64,000 nucleotides of DNA from a virus. Taxonomy: Duplodnaviria; Heunggongvirae; Uroviricota; Caudoviricetes. Made by a program: the position numbers and the translations under genes. The first letter of the stretch is position 1, and the number at the start of each line of letters is the position of its first letter. The notes beneath the pieces were generated by a model. The model saw only the letters and a list, made by a program, of their open reading frames with translations. It did no database searches and was not told the DNA's origin. The stretch is from the IMG/VR virus record IMGVR_UViG_3300031576_000029, positions 1-64,000 of that record, one strand, 5' to 3'. Below, piece after piece: positions 7,301-16,431 of this stretch.

Positions 7301-9153
7301 ATCCATCTAATAGACTTCTTAGTGAAATAGTGGCATTTCGTACATATGCTAAATATCTACCACATTTAGGTAGAAGAGAATCATTTGAGGAAACAATTAA
7401 TAGATGTCTCACTATGCATCTGGATAGATTTCCTAAACTATCCAGAGACATTATTAAAGCTTTTCAAAAAGTACATGAAAAAAAAGTAATGCCTTCGATG
7501 CGTTCTTTGCAATTTGCGGGTGAAGCTATATTAAAAAATAATATAAGACAATATAATTGTGGATTTGTGCATATAAATAATCCAAGAGCTTTTGGAGAAG
7601 CTTTATTCCTATTATTATCAGGAACAGGAGTAGGTTATTCAGTACAAAAAAGACATGTTAATGAATTACCAATTATTAAACTTCCTCGGGAAGAAGGCAT
7701 TTTTATTATTCATGATTCAATTCAAGGTTGGGCACAAAGTTTAGATATTTTACTAGAAGCCTATTTTTTTAATCGTATACGGCCTATATTTGATTTTTCT
7801 AAGATTAGACCTAAAGGATCATATTTAGTAACTAGCGGAGCTAAGGCACCAGGTCCAGAGCCTTTAAAATCAATGCTATTACAAGTAGAGAATAAACTTA
7901 AGCAAGCTATAGGAAGAACTTTAAAATCAATAGAAATACACGATATTATTTGTATTTCAGCAGATTGTGTATTGAGTGGTGGTATTAGAAGAGCAGCACT
8001 CATAAGTTTATTTGATAAAGACGACAATGAAATGCTCGAAGCCAAACATGGTAATTGGCAAGAAAAATATCCACATAGGGCTAGAGCAAATAATAGTGCA
8101 GTTCTTTTAAGAGATAAAAGTTCTAAAGAAGAATTTAATTATATATTTCAAAAGTGTATAGATTCTAATTGTGGTGAGCCTGGATTTGATTTTACTTCTG
8201 ATTTAGATTGGGGAGCGAATCCATGTCATGAAATATCTTTACATTCTAATCAATTATGTAATCTTACTACAATAAATCAAAGTGGTATTAAAGATAAAAA
8301 AGATTTTTTAAGCAGAGTTTATTCTGCAACATTGATTGGTACTTTACAAGCTTCTTATACTAATTTTCCATATATTAGACCAGCATGGCAATTAATAACG
8401 GAACAAGAAGCATTACTTGGAGTATCATTTACTGGAATAGCTGATAATGGTAATAAAATTCCTAAAGCTTGGTTAAAAGAAGCAGCAAGATTAGCTAAAA
8501 AAGTAAATGAACAATACTCTAAAATAATCGGAATCAATCTCTCTGCTAGAATTACAACCGTGAAACCGGAGGGTACATCTAGTTGTGTATTTAGTTCGAG
8601 TAGTGGAATACATGCCAGACATTCTGAGTATTATTTGCGTCGAATTAGAATGAACAAAAATGATGCTTTGGCGAATTATTTATCTAAAAACATTCCTGAA
8701 TTAATGGAAGATGATTTCTTTAGTCCTAATGGAGTTGTATTCACCATTCCTCAAGAATCTCCGAGTCATGCAATTTTACGTATAAATGAAAGTTCTCTTG
8801 ACTTATTTCAAAGGGCATTATATTATCATGACAACTGGATAAAGCCTGGCCATAGAATGGGCATAAACACACATAATGTTTCTTTAACTATTTCATATAA
8901 ATCGGAAGAAATAAACGAATTAAGAGAAGCAATGTGGAATAATAGAAATAAATATAATGCAATTTCATTGCTTCCATTTGATGGTGGAATATATCAACAA
9001 GCCCCATTTGAAACATGTAATAAAGAAACCTTTGATAAATATAATCAAATGATTAAAGAAATTGATTTGCGTAAAATTAAAGAAGAAGAAGATAATACTG
9101 AACGTATTAATATGCTTGCATGTATTGGCGGAGTATGTGAGTTAGAATTATGA
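7297..9153 (+). CDS. Ribonucleotide reductase catalytic subunit, probably class II (B12-dependent) type
   Basis: RNR motifs are present: NCGFV for the first active-site Cys, NPCHEISL for the Cys/Glu, and the TTVKPEGTSS loop. A C-terminal Cys pair CIGGVC is present. No R2 subunit gene is nearby. Confidence 0.6.
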   Translation: MNPSNRLLSEIVAFRTYAKYLPHLGRRESFEETINRCLTMHLDRFPKLSRDIIKAFQKVHEKKVMPSMRSLQFAGEAILKNNIRQYNCGFVHINNPRAFGEALFLLLSGTGVGYSVQKRHVNELPIIKLPREEGIFIIHDSIQGWAQSLDILLEAYFFNRIRPIFDFSKIRPKGSYLVTSGAKAPGPEPLKSMLLQVENKLKQAIGRTLKSIEIHDIICISADCVLSGGIRRAALISLFDKDDNEMLEAKHGNWQEKYPHRARANNSAVLLRDKSSKEEFNYIFQKCIDSNCGEPGFDFTSDLDWGANPCHEISLHSNQLCNLTTINQSGIKDKKDFLSRVYSATLIGTLQASYTNFPYIRPAWQLITEQEALLGVSFTGIADNGNKIPKAWLKEAARLAKKVNEQYSKIIGINLSARITTVKPEGTSSCVFSSSSGIHARHSEYYLRRIRMNKNDALANYLSKNIPELMEDDFFSPNGVVFTIPQESPSHAILRINESSLDLFQRALYYHDNWIKPGHRMGINTHNVSLTISYKSEEINELREAMWNNRNKYNAISLLPFDGGIYQQAPFETCNKETFDKYNQMIKEIDLRKIKEEEDNTERINMLACIGGVCELEL

Positions 9154-9401
9154 ATAAAGAAGATGCAAAAAAAGTTATTAAACTATTACTAACAGTAGAT
9201 GGCGGGTGTAAGTATTGCGTTAATGATGTTTTAAAAGAATTTCAAGATACATTTCCTGAAATAGATATATCTAAAATTATGAAAACTTCATTTAAAGAAT
9301 TTCAAAGCGAATGTGAACATGAATATATTAGCAAAGATAAAATATATAGATGTTCTTTATGTGGGTTTGAAGCATGCATTCTTTATAATGGTTTAAAATG
9401 A
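9150..9401 (+). CDS. Small Cys-rich (zinc-ribbon-like) protein
   Basis: CKYC...CSLCGFEAC. Confidence 0.35.
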   Translation: MNKEDAKKVIKLLLTVDGGCKYCVNDVLKEFQDTFPEIDISKIMKTSFKEFQSECEHEYISKDKIYRCSLCGFEACILYNGLK

Positions 9402-9432
9402 ATCAAATAAGGGATAAAGTAGAGAATCAAGT

Positions 9433-10530
9433 ATGGAATCAAATAGCAACATAAAAAATAAGCTTTCTCATAGTCAATGTAGTAAATATCAAGATTGTCC
9501 GCAAGCTTGGTATTATCATTACAAAGAAAAGTTACGTCATAAGTATCATTCGGCTGCATTGCTATTTGGTTCCGCTTTGGATCATGCTTTAACCTCTATA
9601 TTAAAAGATAAAGATAAGAATCCAAATGATATATTTGCTTTTTTTTGGAGATTTCAACAATTAAACGATCAAGATGTATATCTTACTAATTGTATAGATA
9701 TAGTCTATGCTAACTCGGATTTTGATTTTGAGTTGTTACAAGATGTAGATTTACAAAATATTAAAGAAAAATATAAAATAGAAGATATAGGAACAACAAT
9801 AAAACAACTTTATGAAGAAAAGGATCTTAAAGGATTTAATGGATTAAGTAAAGATAAAAAAGAGCTTTTAAATGTTTTTAATTGGTATAGTCTATATAGA
9901 AAAGGCTTACTAATGATTAAACAATTTCAGAAAGATATTCTTCCTAATATTGAGAAAGTTCTAGCAGTTCAAGTTTATGTTACACTAAAGAATGAAGATG
10001 ATGATGTAATTATAGGTTATGCAGATTTAGTATGTAAATATAAAAATCATGGAACTGTTATCTTAGATTTTAAAACCGCCAGTAAAGAATATGATGAAGA
10101 AAATAGTGTACTTACATCTCCACAGTTAACTCTTTATGTTCATTCTTTAGAAGAAGAATTTAAGACTAGAAAAGCTGGATATATAGTATTTAATAAACAT
10201 GTACGAAAAAATAAAACTAAGGCTTGTTCCCGTTGTAATAAAGACGGAACGGGACAAGGACATAGAACTTGTGATAATACCATTGAGGGAAAAAGATGTC
10301 ATGGTGCATGGATTGTAAAAATTAATCCTGAAGTAACAATTCAAACAATTATAAATGAAATACCTACTCAAACAGAAGATATTGTATTACAAAACTATGA
10401 TTATATTAATCAATCAATTAAGAATGGGATAGTTTATAGAAATTTTCAAAGTTGTATAAAGCCTTGGGGTCATTGTCCATTCTTTAAAAAATGTTATAAC
10501 AATTCAGATGAAGACTTAATAAAATGTTAA
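9433..10530 (+). CDS. PD-(D/E)XK nuclease, Cas4/RecB-like, with C-terminal Cys cluster
   Basis: N-terminal QCSKYQDCPQAWYYHY, core GYADLV...ILDFKT, and C-terminal CxxC...C...C. Confidence 0.55.
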   Translation: MESNSNIKNKLSHSQCSKYQDCPQAWYYHYKEKLRHKYHSAALLFGSALDHALTSILKDKDKNPNDIFAFFWRFQQLNDQDVYLTNCIDIVYANSDFDFELLQDVDLQNIKEKYKIEDIGTTIKQLYEEKDLKGFNGLSKDKKELLNVFNWYSLYRKGLLMIKQFQKDILPNIEKVLAVQVYVTLKNEDDDVIIGYADLVCKYKNHGTVILDFKTASKEYDEENSVLTSPQLTLYVHSLEEEFKTRKAGYIVFNKHVRKNKTKACSRCNKDGTGQGHRTCDNTIEGKRCHGAWIVKINPEVTIQTIINEIPTQTEDIVLQNYDYINQSIKNGIVYRNFQSCIKPWGHCPFFKKCYNNSDEDLIKC

Positions 10531-10688
10531 ATAGATTAGAAAAAAATCAATATCATAGAGAATATTATTCTAGAAATAAATAAAATACTTCATGAAATGA
10601 TGACTAATTCTTCTTATAATAAAGAAATTGTTACTATAAATTCATTTTTAGATACAAAATTTGTTCTTACTATTGAGAAAGGAAAAGT

Positions 10689-10922
10689 ATGAGGAATAAT
10701 AAAATGAAATTATTAACAATAATTCCTAATACTCGTGATGCAATATTATACAGTGATACTTTATTTAAAGCCTTCGAAGATTCTAATATAGGATATGAAG
10801 GTGATATCGAAATATTCTATAATGATCAAGAATCTGTGATTAATGTTTCTGTACCAGAAGAGGAATTTGAGGAAGCTTTTAATATTATGCAAGAAGTTAT
10901 CAGAGAAGGTCCACCAAAATGA
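10689..10922 (+). CDS. Hypothetical protein
   Basis: 77-aa ORF. Confidence 0.35.
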   Translation: MRNNKMKLLTIIPNTRDAILYSDTLFKAFEDSNIGYEGDIEIFYNDQESVINVSVPEEEFEEAFNIMQEVIREGPPK

Positions 10923-11545
10923 ATGTTAGATTAATTCACATAACACCTAATTCTGAACGTTTAATTGCTTATTGTGCCAGAGTATCTAGTCCTAATCAAG
11001 ATAATTCTGAATATGAGAAACTTATTAATTATTGTATTAAACATAAACATTGGTCTATTTTTGAAATGGCTAATCTTTGTATTGAAATTAAAACATCGAG
11101 AGCAATAGCTCAACAAATTCTCAGACATAAGTCATTTTCTTTTCAAGAATTTAGTCAACGATTTTCCGATAATCTTGATTTTGAATTTTATGAAGCACGT
11201 AAACAAGATACAAAAAATAGACAAGGAGGAACAAAATCAGTTAATGATGAAACTGATAAATGGTTTTTAGAAGCACAAGAAAGAGTTGTACATCAATCGA
11301 TAAATTTGTATCATCAAGCTATAGAAAAAGGTATAGCTCGTGAATGTGCACGATTTCTTCTTCCTCTTTCCACAATAACAAAGATTTATATGAACGGAAG
11401 CGTACGAAGTTGGGTGCATTATATTTTGTTAAGAACTGAAGAAAATACTCAAAAAGAACATCGAAATATAGCAAATGATTGTAAAAGAATATTTGTGGAA
11501 CAACTTCCGACGATTTCAAAAGCTTTAGGCTGGATTAATCCTTGA
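10919..11545 (+). CDS. thyX: Flavin-dependent thymidylate synthase ThyX
   Basis: ThyX motif RHKSFSFQEFSQRF (RHR-X7-S), and an N-terminal block consistent with the ThyX fold. Confidence 0.8.
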   Translation: MNVRLIHITPNSERLIAYCARVSSPNQDNSEYEKLINYCIKHKHWSIFEMANLCIEIKTSRAIAQQILRHKSFSFQEFSQRFSDNLDFEFYEARKQDTKNRQGGTKSVNDETDKWFLEAQERVVHQSINLYHQAIEKGIARECARFLLPLSTITKIYMNGSVRSWVHYILLRTEENTQKEHRNIANDCKRIFVEQLPTISKALGWINP

Positions 11546-11560
11546 CTTTGGATTTGGAAA

Positions 11561-11860
11561 ATGATATTATTGAAACAATTGAAAGGAATATTTATGAATC
11601 GTAAAGAAACCCAAACAGTATTAAAATCTGTGCCTGATGTAGGAACAGATGAAATTCCCGAAATAAAACGTGTTTCTAATTTTACAAATAAAGCATATAG
11701 TATTTGTAGAGATGCTGAAGGTTGGTCTTTTGTGGAAATAGATTACAATCCTTTAACTGGTGAGACTGGTAATCTTAAAATGAGAAATGTTGGACCATAT
11801 AAAGATTTCGCAATTGAAGAATTTAGAATTCAAGTTAGTAAACATTTATTCATGAGTTAA
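11561..11860 (+). CDS. Hypothetical protein
   Basis: 99-aa ORF. Confidence 0.4.
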   Translation: MILLKQLKGIFMNRKETQTVLKSVPDVGTDEIPEIKRVSNFTNKAYSICRDAEGWSFVEIDYNPLTGETGNLKMRNVGPYKDFAIEEFRIQVSKHLFMS

Positions 11861-11862
11861 AT

Positions 11863-12048
11863 ATGCTTAAGAAGTTTACAGAATATTTCTTTGGAGTTGT
11901 TGGTTTAGTTATCTTACTAGGATTTATAGTTCCACCATTAGTAAGTGCTAAACAAACTGAACTAGTAGTTGTGGGAATTAGTTTACTATTGGGCACACTA
12001 TATGGTATAGTGGTCTTTTTTATTAAACAAAAGGAGAAAAAAAAATGA
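11863..12048 (+). CDS. Small two-TM membrane protein, possibly an NfeD-like partner of the SPFH protein
   Basis: Two hydrophobic helices. Overlaps the start of the SPFH gene. Confidence 0.35.
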   Translation: MLKKFTEYFFGVVGLVILLGFIVPPLVSAKQTELVVVGISLLLGTLYGIVVFFIKQKEKKK

Positions 12049-12902
12049 AGAACCTGATTCTAGGAATCGTAAGTCTACTGTTGCTTAATGCATGTTCACG
12101 AGTACCTGCTGGATTTGTTGGTATTAAAGTATATCTATTAGGAACATCAAAGGGCGTGGATACTGAAGTTCTAAATGTGGGAAGATATTATATTGGTATT
12201 AATGAAGAACTATATCTATTTCCAACTTTCCAACAAAATTATGTTTGGACTAAAGATGTTACTGAAGGAAGCCCAAGAGATGAAAGTTTAACATTCCAAA
12301 CTAAAGAAGGAATGGGAGTTAATGTTGATGTTGGTATTTCTTATCATCTAAATGCAGATAAAATTCCTTCTATCTTTCAAAAATATCGTAGAGGTATCGA
12401 AGAGATTACTGATGTGTTTCTACGTAATAGTGTTCGTGATGCTATTAATGATGTTGGTTCTTCAATGTCAGTTGAAGAAGTTTATGGTTCTAAAAAGAAT
12501 CATCTCTTTGAATTGATTCAAGAGAAAGTAATAGCAGAAGTGGGACCCCAAGGCATTCTCATTGATAAGCTTTATCTTGTTGGAAGTATGAGACTTCCAA
12601 ACAATGTAGTTGCGGCTTTAAATTCTAAAATTGAAGCTACTCAGCGTGCTCAACAAAGAGAGAATGAAGTACAAGAAGCTAAGGCACAGGCAGCAAAAGA
12701 AGTTGCTACAGCTGAAGGATCTGCTAAAGCTGCTCTCATGAAGGCCAAGGCAGAAGCAGAAGCTAACCAATTAAAACTAAGAACATTAACTCCAGAACTT
12801 ATAAGATATGAAGCTATTCAAAGATGGAATGGCGTTCTTCCTCAAGTATCTGGTGGAGTTGTTCCATTTCTTAATCTAGATAATATGAAAGGAACCAAAT
12901 AA
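12045..12902 (+). CDS. SPFH/band-7 (HflK/C-like) lipoprotein
   Basis: Lipobox LLLNAC. C-terminal Ala/Glu-rich coiled segment, AKAQAAKEVATAEGSAKAALMKAKAEAEA, typical of the SPFH family. Confidence 0.45.
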   Translation: MKNLILGIVSLLLLNACSRVPAGFVGIKVYLLGTSKGVDTEVLNVGRYYIGINEELYLFPTFQQNYVWTKDVTEGSPRDESLTFQTKEGMGVNVDVGISYHLNADKIPSIFQKYRRGIEEITDVFLRNSVRDAINDVGSSMSVEEVYGSKKNHLFELIQEKVIAEVGPQGILIDKLYLVGSMRLPNNVVAALNSKIEATQRAQQRENEVQEAKAQAAKEVATAEGSAKAALMKAKAEAEANQLKLRTLTPELIRYEAIQRWNGVLPQVSGGVVPFLNLDNMKGTK

Positions 12903-13468
12903 TGAATACAGTAAAAACAGAAAAAGGAACAGTACTTCCATTGACAAATCTAAAAGGCAAAGATTATCTAATGGTTGCATATAGACTTCAATGGTTTAAT
13001 GAAAAAGTTGATAACTTTGAAATCGAAACCCAGTTTCTTCATCTTGATGATACACAAACTGTTGCCAGAGCTACAGTAACTGTAATGGATAAAGATGGAA
13101 AAGTTGTTAAGAAAGCTACAGCTACTAAAAGAGAAACTAAATCAGATTTTACTGATCATACCGAAAAGGCCGAAACTTCAGCAATAGGTAGAGCTGTTGC
13201 GTTGCTTGGATATGGTACTCAGTTCGCACTCGCTGATCTGGATGAGGGAGAACGTCTAGCAGACAGTCCATTAACAAATACCAAAGCAGCAACATCAAAG
13301 CCAGCTCCTACTCCATCAACTACAACAGTAGCTAATTCGACATCAACCACAGTTCCAGAGAGGAAATCCTCTTTTAGAAAAACCAAAATCTCTGATAATG
13401 GTAATAATCATGATGTTCCTAAAACTGAAACAGAAAAGACAAAATCTTCTTCAGATGGTTGGGAATAA
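12902..13468 (+). CDS. Rad52-like single-strand annealing protein (Sak/Erf-like)
   Basis: Block EKAETSAIGRAVALLGYG resembles the Rad52 signature helix. Lies close to the nuclease gene. Confidence 0.4.
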   Translation: MNTVKTEKGTVLPLTNLKGKDYLMVAYRLQWFNEKVDNFEIETQFLHLDDTQTVARATVTVMDKDGKVVKKATATKRETKSDFTDHTEKAETSAIGRAVALLGYGTQFALADLDEGERLADSPLTNTKAATSKPAPTPSTTTVANSTSTTVPERKSSFRKTKISDNGNNHDVPKTETEKTKSSSDGWE

Positions 13469-13626
13469 TGGATTTAATACAAATCTATGCTGTAGGAATG
13501 TTATCACTTCATTTAGCAATGACAGGTATAACTCTATCTATAGTTGATTCAAAAGCTTTCTTACAAGTTTTAACTAATTTAAGTTTAGCTATACCGATGT
13601 ATGGACGTATTTTTGGTTGGTGGTAA
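13468..13626 (+). CDS. Small membrane protein of 52 aa (hand-translated; below the ORF-track cutoff)
   Basis: TAATG coupling upstream, and its stop abuts the ATG of the next gene. Hydrophobic. Confidence 0.4.
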   Translation: MDLIQIYAVGMLSLHLAMTGITLSIVDSKAFLQVLTNLSLAIPMYGRIFGWW

Positions 13627-14034
13627 ATGAGTGTAATAGAAGAAAAATTAAATAATTTACATGAAGAAACTAAAAAAGAATCATTACCACCACCTCAACC
13701 AACAGATCCAGTTGAAGCTGCATCTTTAATATTCGGAATGTATTATCCTAAGTTTCTTCAACTTATACTTGGACTTTCTAATAAGTCATTGAAGAGATTA
13801 ATAAGAGCATTAATAGGAATTCCCTTAGAAGAAGCAATGCCTAATTTTAAAAATGAAAAAGAACGTGCTGCATTTGCTATAGGTGAAAGATTACTTGAAG
13901 CAAAAACATTGATTATTATTCATACAATGTATCAAAAACAAAAAGATTTAGAAAAATTTCAATTGGATTCTCAAACAGAGAATAAAGAAACTGAAACAAA
14001 TGATAACGATAATAAGGAGATAAAAAATGGCTAA
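13627..14034 (+). CDS. Hypothetical protein
   Basis: 135-aa ORF. Confidence 0.45.
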   Translation: MSVIEEKLNNLHEETKKESLPPPQPTDPVEAASLIFGMYYPKFLQLILGLSNKSLKRLIRALIGIPLEEAMPNFKNEKERAAFAIGERLLEAKTLIIIHTMYQKQKDLEKFQLDSQTENKETETNDNDNKEIKNG

Positions 14035-14326
14035 ATTACAAAGAACAGTTGTTGGTTCTATTTATAGAGCTAAAGATAAAACAAAATCAGATTATATTCA
14101 TTTTCGCGGAGACACCAAAATCAAAAATACATTTCTAGAAGCTCTTAATAAAATGGATGAAAAAAAGGGTCTTAGTTTGATTTTAGAAAGTAAGACCGCC
14201 CAACTTACAAGTCTTGATAGTGCATTAGCTGAAGGGAAGCTTTCTGAAGATATAGCTGGAAAGATTCGTGAACGAATCAACAAGATCCCTGACTATGTTC
14301 GTTTTGAGATTATTTTGCTCAGCTAG
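14027..14326 (+). CDS. Hypothetical protein
   Basis: 99-aa ORF. Confidence 0.4.
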   Translation: MAKLQRTVVGSIYRAKDKTKSDYIHFRGDTKIKNTFLEALNKMDEKKGLSLILESKTAQLTSLDSALAEGKLSEDIAGKIRERINKIPDYVRFEIILLS

Positions 14327-14345
14327 TAACACACTGTAAGTCGTA

Positions 14346-14415
14346 AAAGGGACTGAGTACCCACAACAGTGGGCATCATCTTTCCTCCTAACTCGGTCCC
14401 TTTGATTTCTGTTTT
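14346..14415 (+). terminator. Long bulged hairpin followed by a U-tract: intrinsic terminator or RNase III-type processing site
   Basis: 13-bp stem AAAGGGACTGAGT / ACTCGGTCCCTTT with one G-U pair. It has a nested CCCAC-aaca-GTGGG hairpin, then TTTGATTTCTGTTTT. Confidence 0.5.
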
Positions 14416-14418
14416 AAG

Positions 14419-16431
14419 ATGGATATGTTATATCAAAATTTCAGGAAGGGTCTACGTAGCTTTCCAAAATTAATTCTCTATAAACCAGAAACAAATGGTA
14501 TATATCTCAAAGATAAAGAAGCAGATTACTATGTCAGTCTTTATCAATATACAGAAGAACATAAAAAAATTATTGAAGAAAAGAAAACTGTTTCTGGAAT
14601 CACTGATACAAGCACAGATAAGTTATATTTTGATTTTGATAGTAAAGATAATTTAGAATTAGCAAAACAAGACGCAATAACTTTAGCCCATCGACTAATA
14701 GATGATATGAGAATCGAGCAAGAATCTATTAGATTTTATTTTAGTGGAAATAAAGGATTTACTGTAGAATTATGGATTGATAAACGATTATCTCCTAAAG
14801 AATTTAAAGATATAATTTATCGTTTAGGAAGTGATTTACAAACTTGCGACCTAACAGTTTCTGATCCTAATAGAATTGTTAGAGTTTCTAATACTAAGCA
14901 TCAAACTAGTGGTCTATATAAAATTCCTTTAAAGGTAGAAGAGCTAGATGAATGGAGTATTGAACAGATAAAAGAAATCGCTAAAAAACCACGTGATTTA
15001 AAACTTAATAGAATAAAAGCTAAGTTAAATGTAGATTTACTTCCTGAAGCTAAGGTTAAAGAACGTAAAATAACACATACGAATAATCTGGAATTAAACT
15101 GGGATGAAAAACCAAAGAATTGGAGAAATTGTAAATGGGCTTTATCACAAGGACTTTTTGATGAAGGTGAAAGAGATACGGCTCTTATGATATTGGCAGC
15201 TACATATAGAGCATTAGGATTAGATAAAGATGCTACATATAATGCTTGTGATGCAGCTGTTGAGAAACAAGCAGAAAGAACAGGTGGAGAAAAATATTCT
15301 AAAGAAGAATTATGGCGTCATGTTATTGAAGGTTCTGTTTTTAAAGATACATGGCAAGGTGGACAATATAGTTGTAAAAAAGATATTTGGTTGAAGAAAT
15401 ATTGTGCTTCTCTTAGTGAACATCAATGTTCTCAAGATGAACAAGAAGAAGATCACTTGGATTGTATTTCATTAAATCAAATGACAAATGAATTTATTCA
15501 ATATGCTAAAGAATTTCAATTCAATATAATTAAAACTGGTTTAAAAGAATTAGATGATAATGTACATTTAATGGTAAGTAGTTTAGTGGGTTTACTTGGT
15601 CAACCAGGTTGTGGTAAGACTTCATTATCGTTGAATTATTTGATACATACTTCATTAAATAATATTCCTTCTCTCATGTTAAGTCTCGATATGAGTTTGC
15701 CATTAATCTATGGAAAATTAATTCAAAAATTATCTAGATATACATTTGCCAACGCAATGGAATTATTCAAAAATCCTATAAAAGAAAAAGAGCGCGATAA
15801 ATTAATACAATTGATTCATGAAAATTATTCCAATATTGGATTTAATTTTAAACCAGGACTTACAATACCAGAGATTAAAAAAGTAGTAATGAAAAGAGAA
15901 CAGAATACGGGTAAAAAAGTTAAACTTTTAGTAGTAGATTATTTAGAATGCGTGGCTGGTTTACATCATGATCCAATGCTTAACGCTGGAATGATTTCAA
16001 CACAACTAATGAATTTAGCCAAAGAAATGTCATTGTGTGTTTTATTACTTCTTCAAACTCAAAAACATGCTACTCCAGATATTTCAGATCCATTACTTTC
16101 TTTGCGTCAAATTAAAGGTAGCTCCTTAATAGAACAAAATTGTTCTGTAATTCTTACTCTATGGAGAGAAGGTTATAATCCTTCAACAATAGAAGATGAT
16201 AATTATGCTTCAATTGCTGTTGTAAAAAATAGGTTCGGCCCATTATGGCGCGGGGATTTTAAATGGACCGGCATTACTGGAAATATTGATAGTTTAAATG
16301 ACCAAGAAAAATTAGAATTTGAAGAATTAAAAGAAAAAAAACGAGAAGAACGTTTAAGAAAGTTACAATTATTAGAAGTCGATAGTAAAATTAAAAAAGC
16401 TTCCATAAATAAAGCAGAATGGGAAACTTGA
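14419..16431 (+). CDS. Primase-helicase: AEP-type prim-pol N-domain fused to a DnaB/gp4-like helicase
   Basis: N-terminal YFDFD and SGNKGFTVELWI primase-like motifs. C-terminal Walker A GQPGCGKTS, Walker B LLVVDY, and RecA-fold helicase blocks. Confidence 0.7.
   Translation: MDMLYQNFRKGLRSFPKLILYKPETNGIYLKDKEADYYVSLYQYTEEHKKIIEEKKTVSGITDTSTDKLYFDFDSKDNLELAKQDAITLAHRLIDDMRIEQESIRFYFSGNKGFTVELWIDKRLSPKEFKDIIYRLGSDLQTCDLTVSDPNRIVRVSNTKHQTSGLYKIPLKVEELDEWSIEQIKEIAKKPRDLKLNRIKAKLNVDLLPEAKVKERKITHTNNLELNWDEKPKNWRNCKWALSQGLFDEGERDTALMILAATYRALGLDKDATYNACDAAVEKQAERTGGEKYSKEELWRHVIEGSVFKDTWQGGQYSCKKDIWLKKYCASLSEHQCSQDEQEEDHLDCISLNQMTNEFIQYAKEFQFNIIKTGLKELDDNVHLMVSSLVGLLGQPGCGKTSLSLNYLIHTSLNNIPSLMLSLDMSLPLIYGKLIQKLSRYTFANAMELFKNPIKEKERDKLIQLIHENYSNIGFNFKPGLTIPEIKKVVMKREQNTGKKVKLLVVDYLECVAGLHHDPMLNAGMISTQLMNLAKEMSLCVLLLLQTQKHATPDISDPLLSLRQIKGSSLIEQNCSVILTLWREGYNPSTIEDDNYASIAVVKNRFGPLWRGDFKWTGITGNIDSLNDQEKLEFEELKEKKREERLRKLQLLEVDSKIKKASINKAEWET

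Noticed and set aside
8355-8537. Minus-strand ORFs inside the RNR gene (7761..8045, 8355..8537)
   Set aside because: They are antisense to a confidently identified gene.
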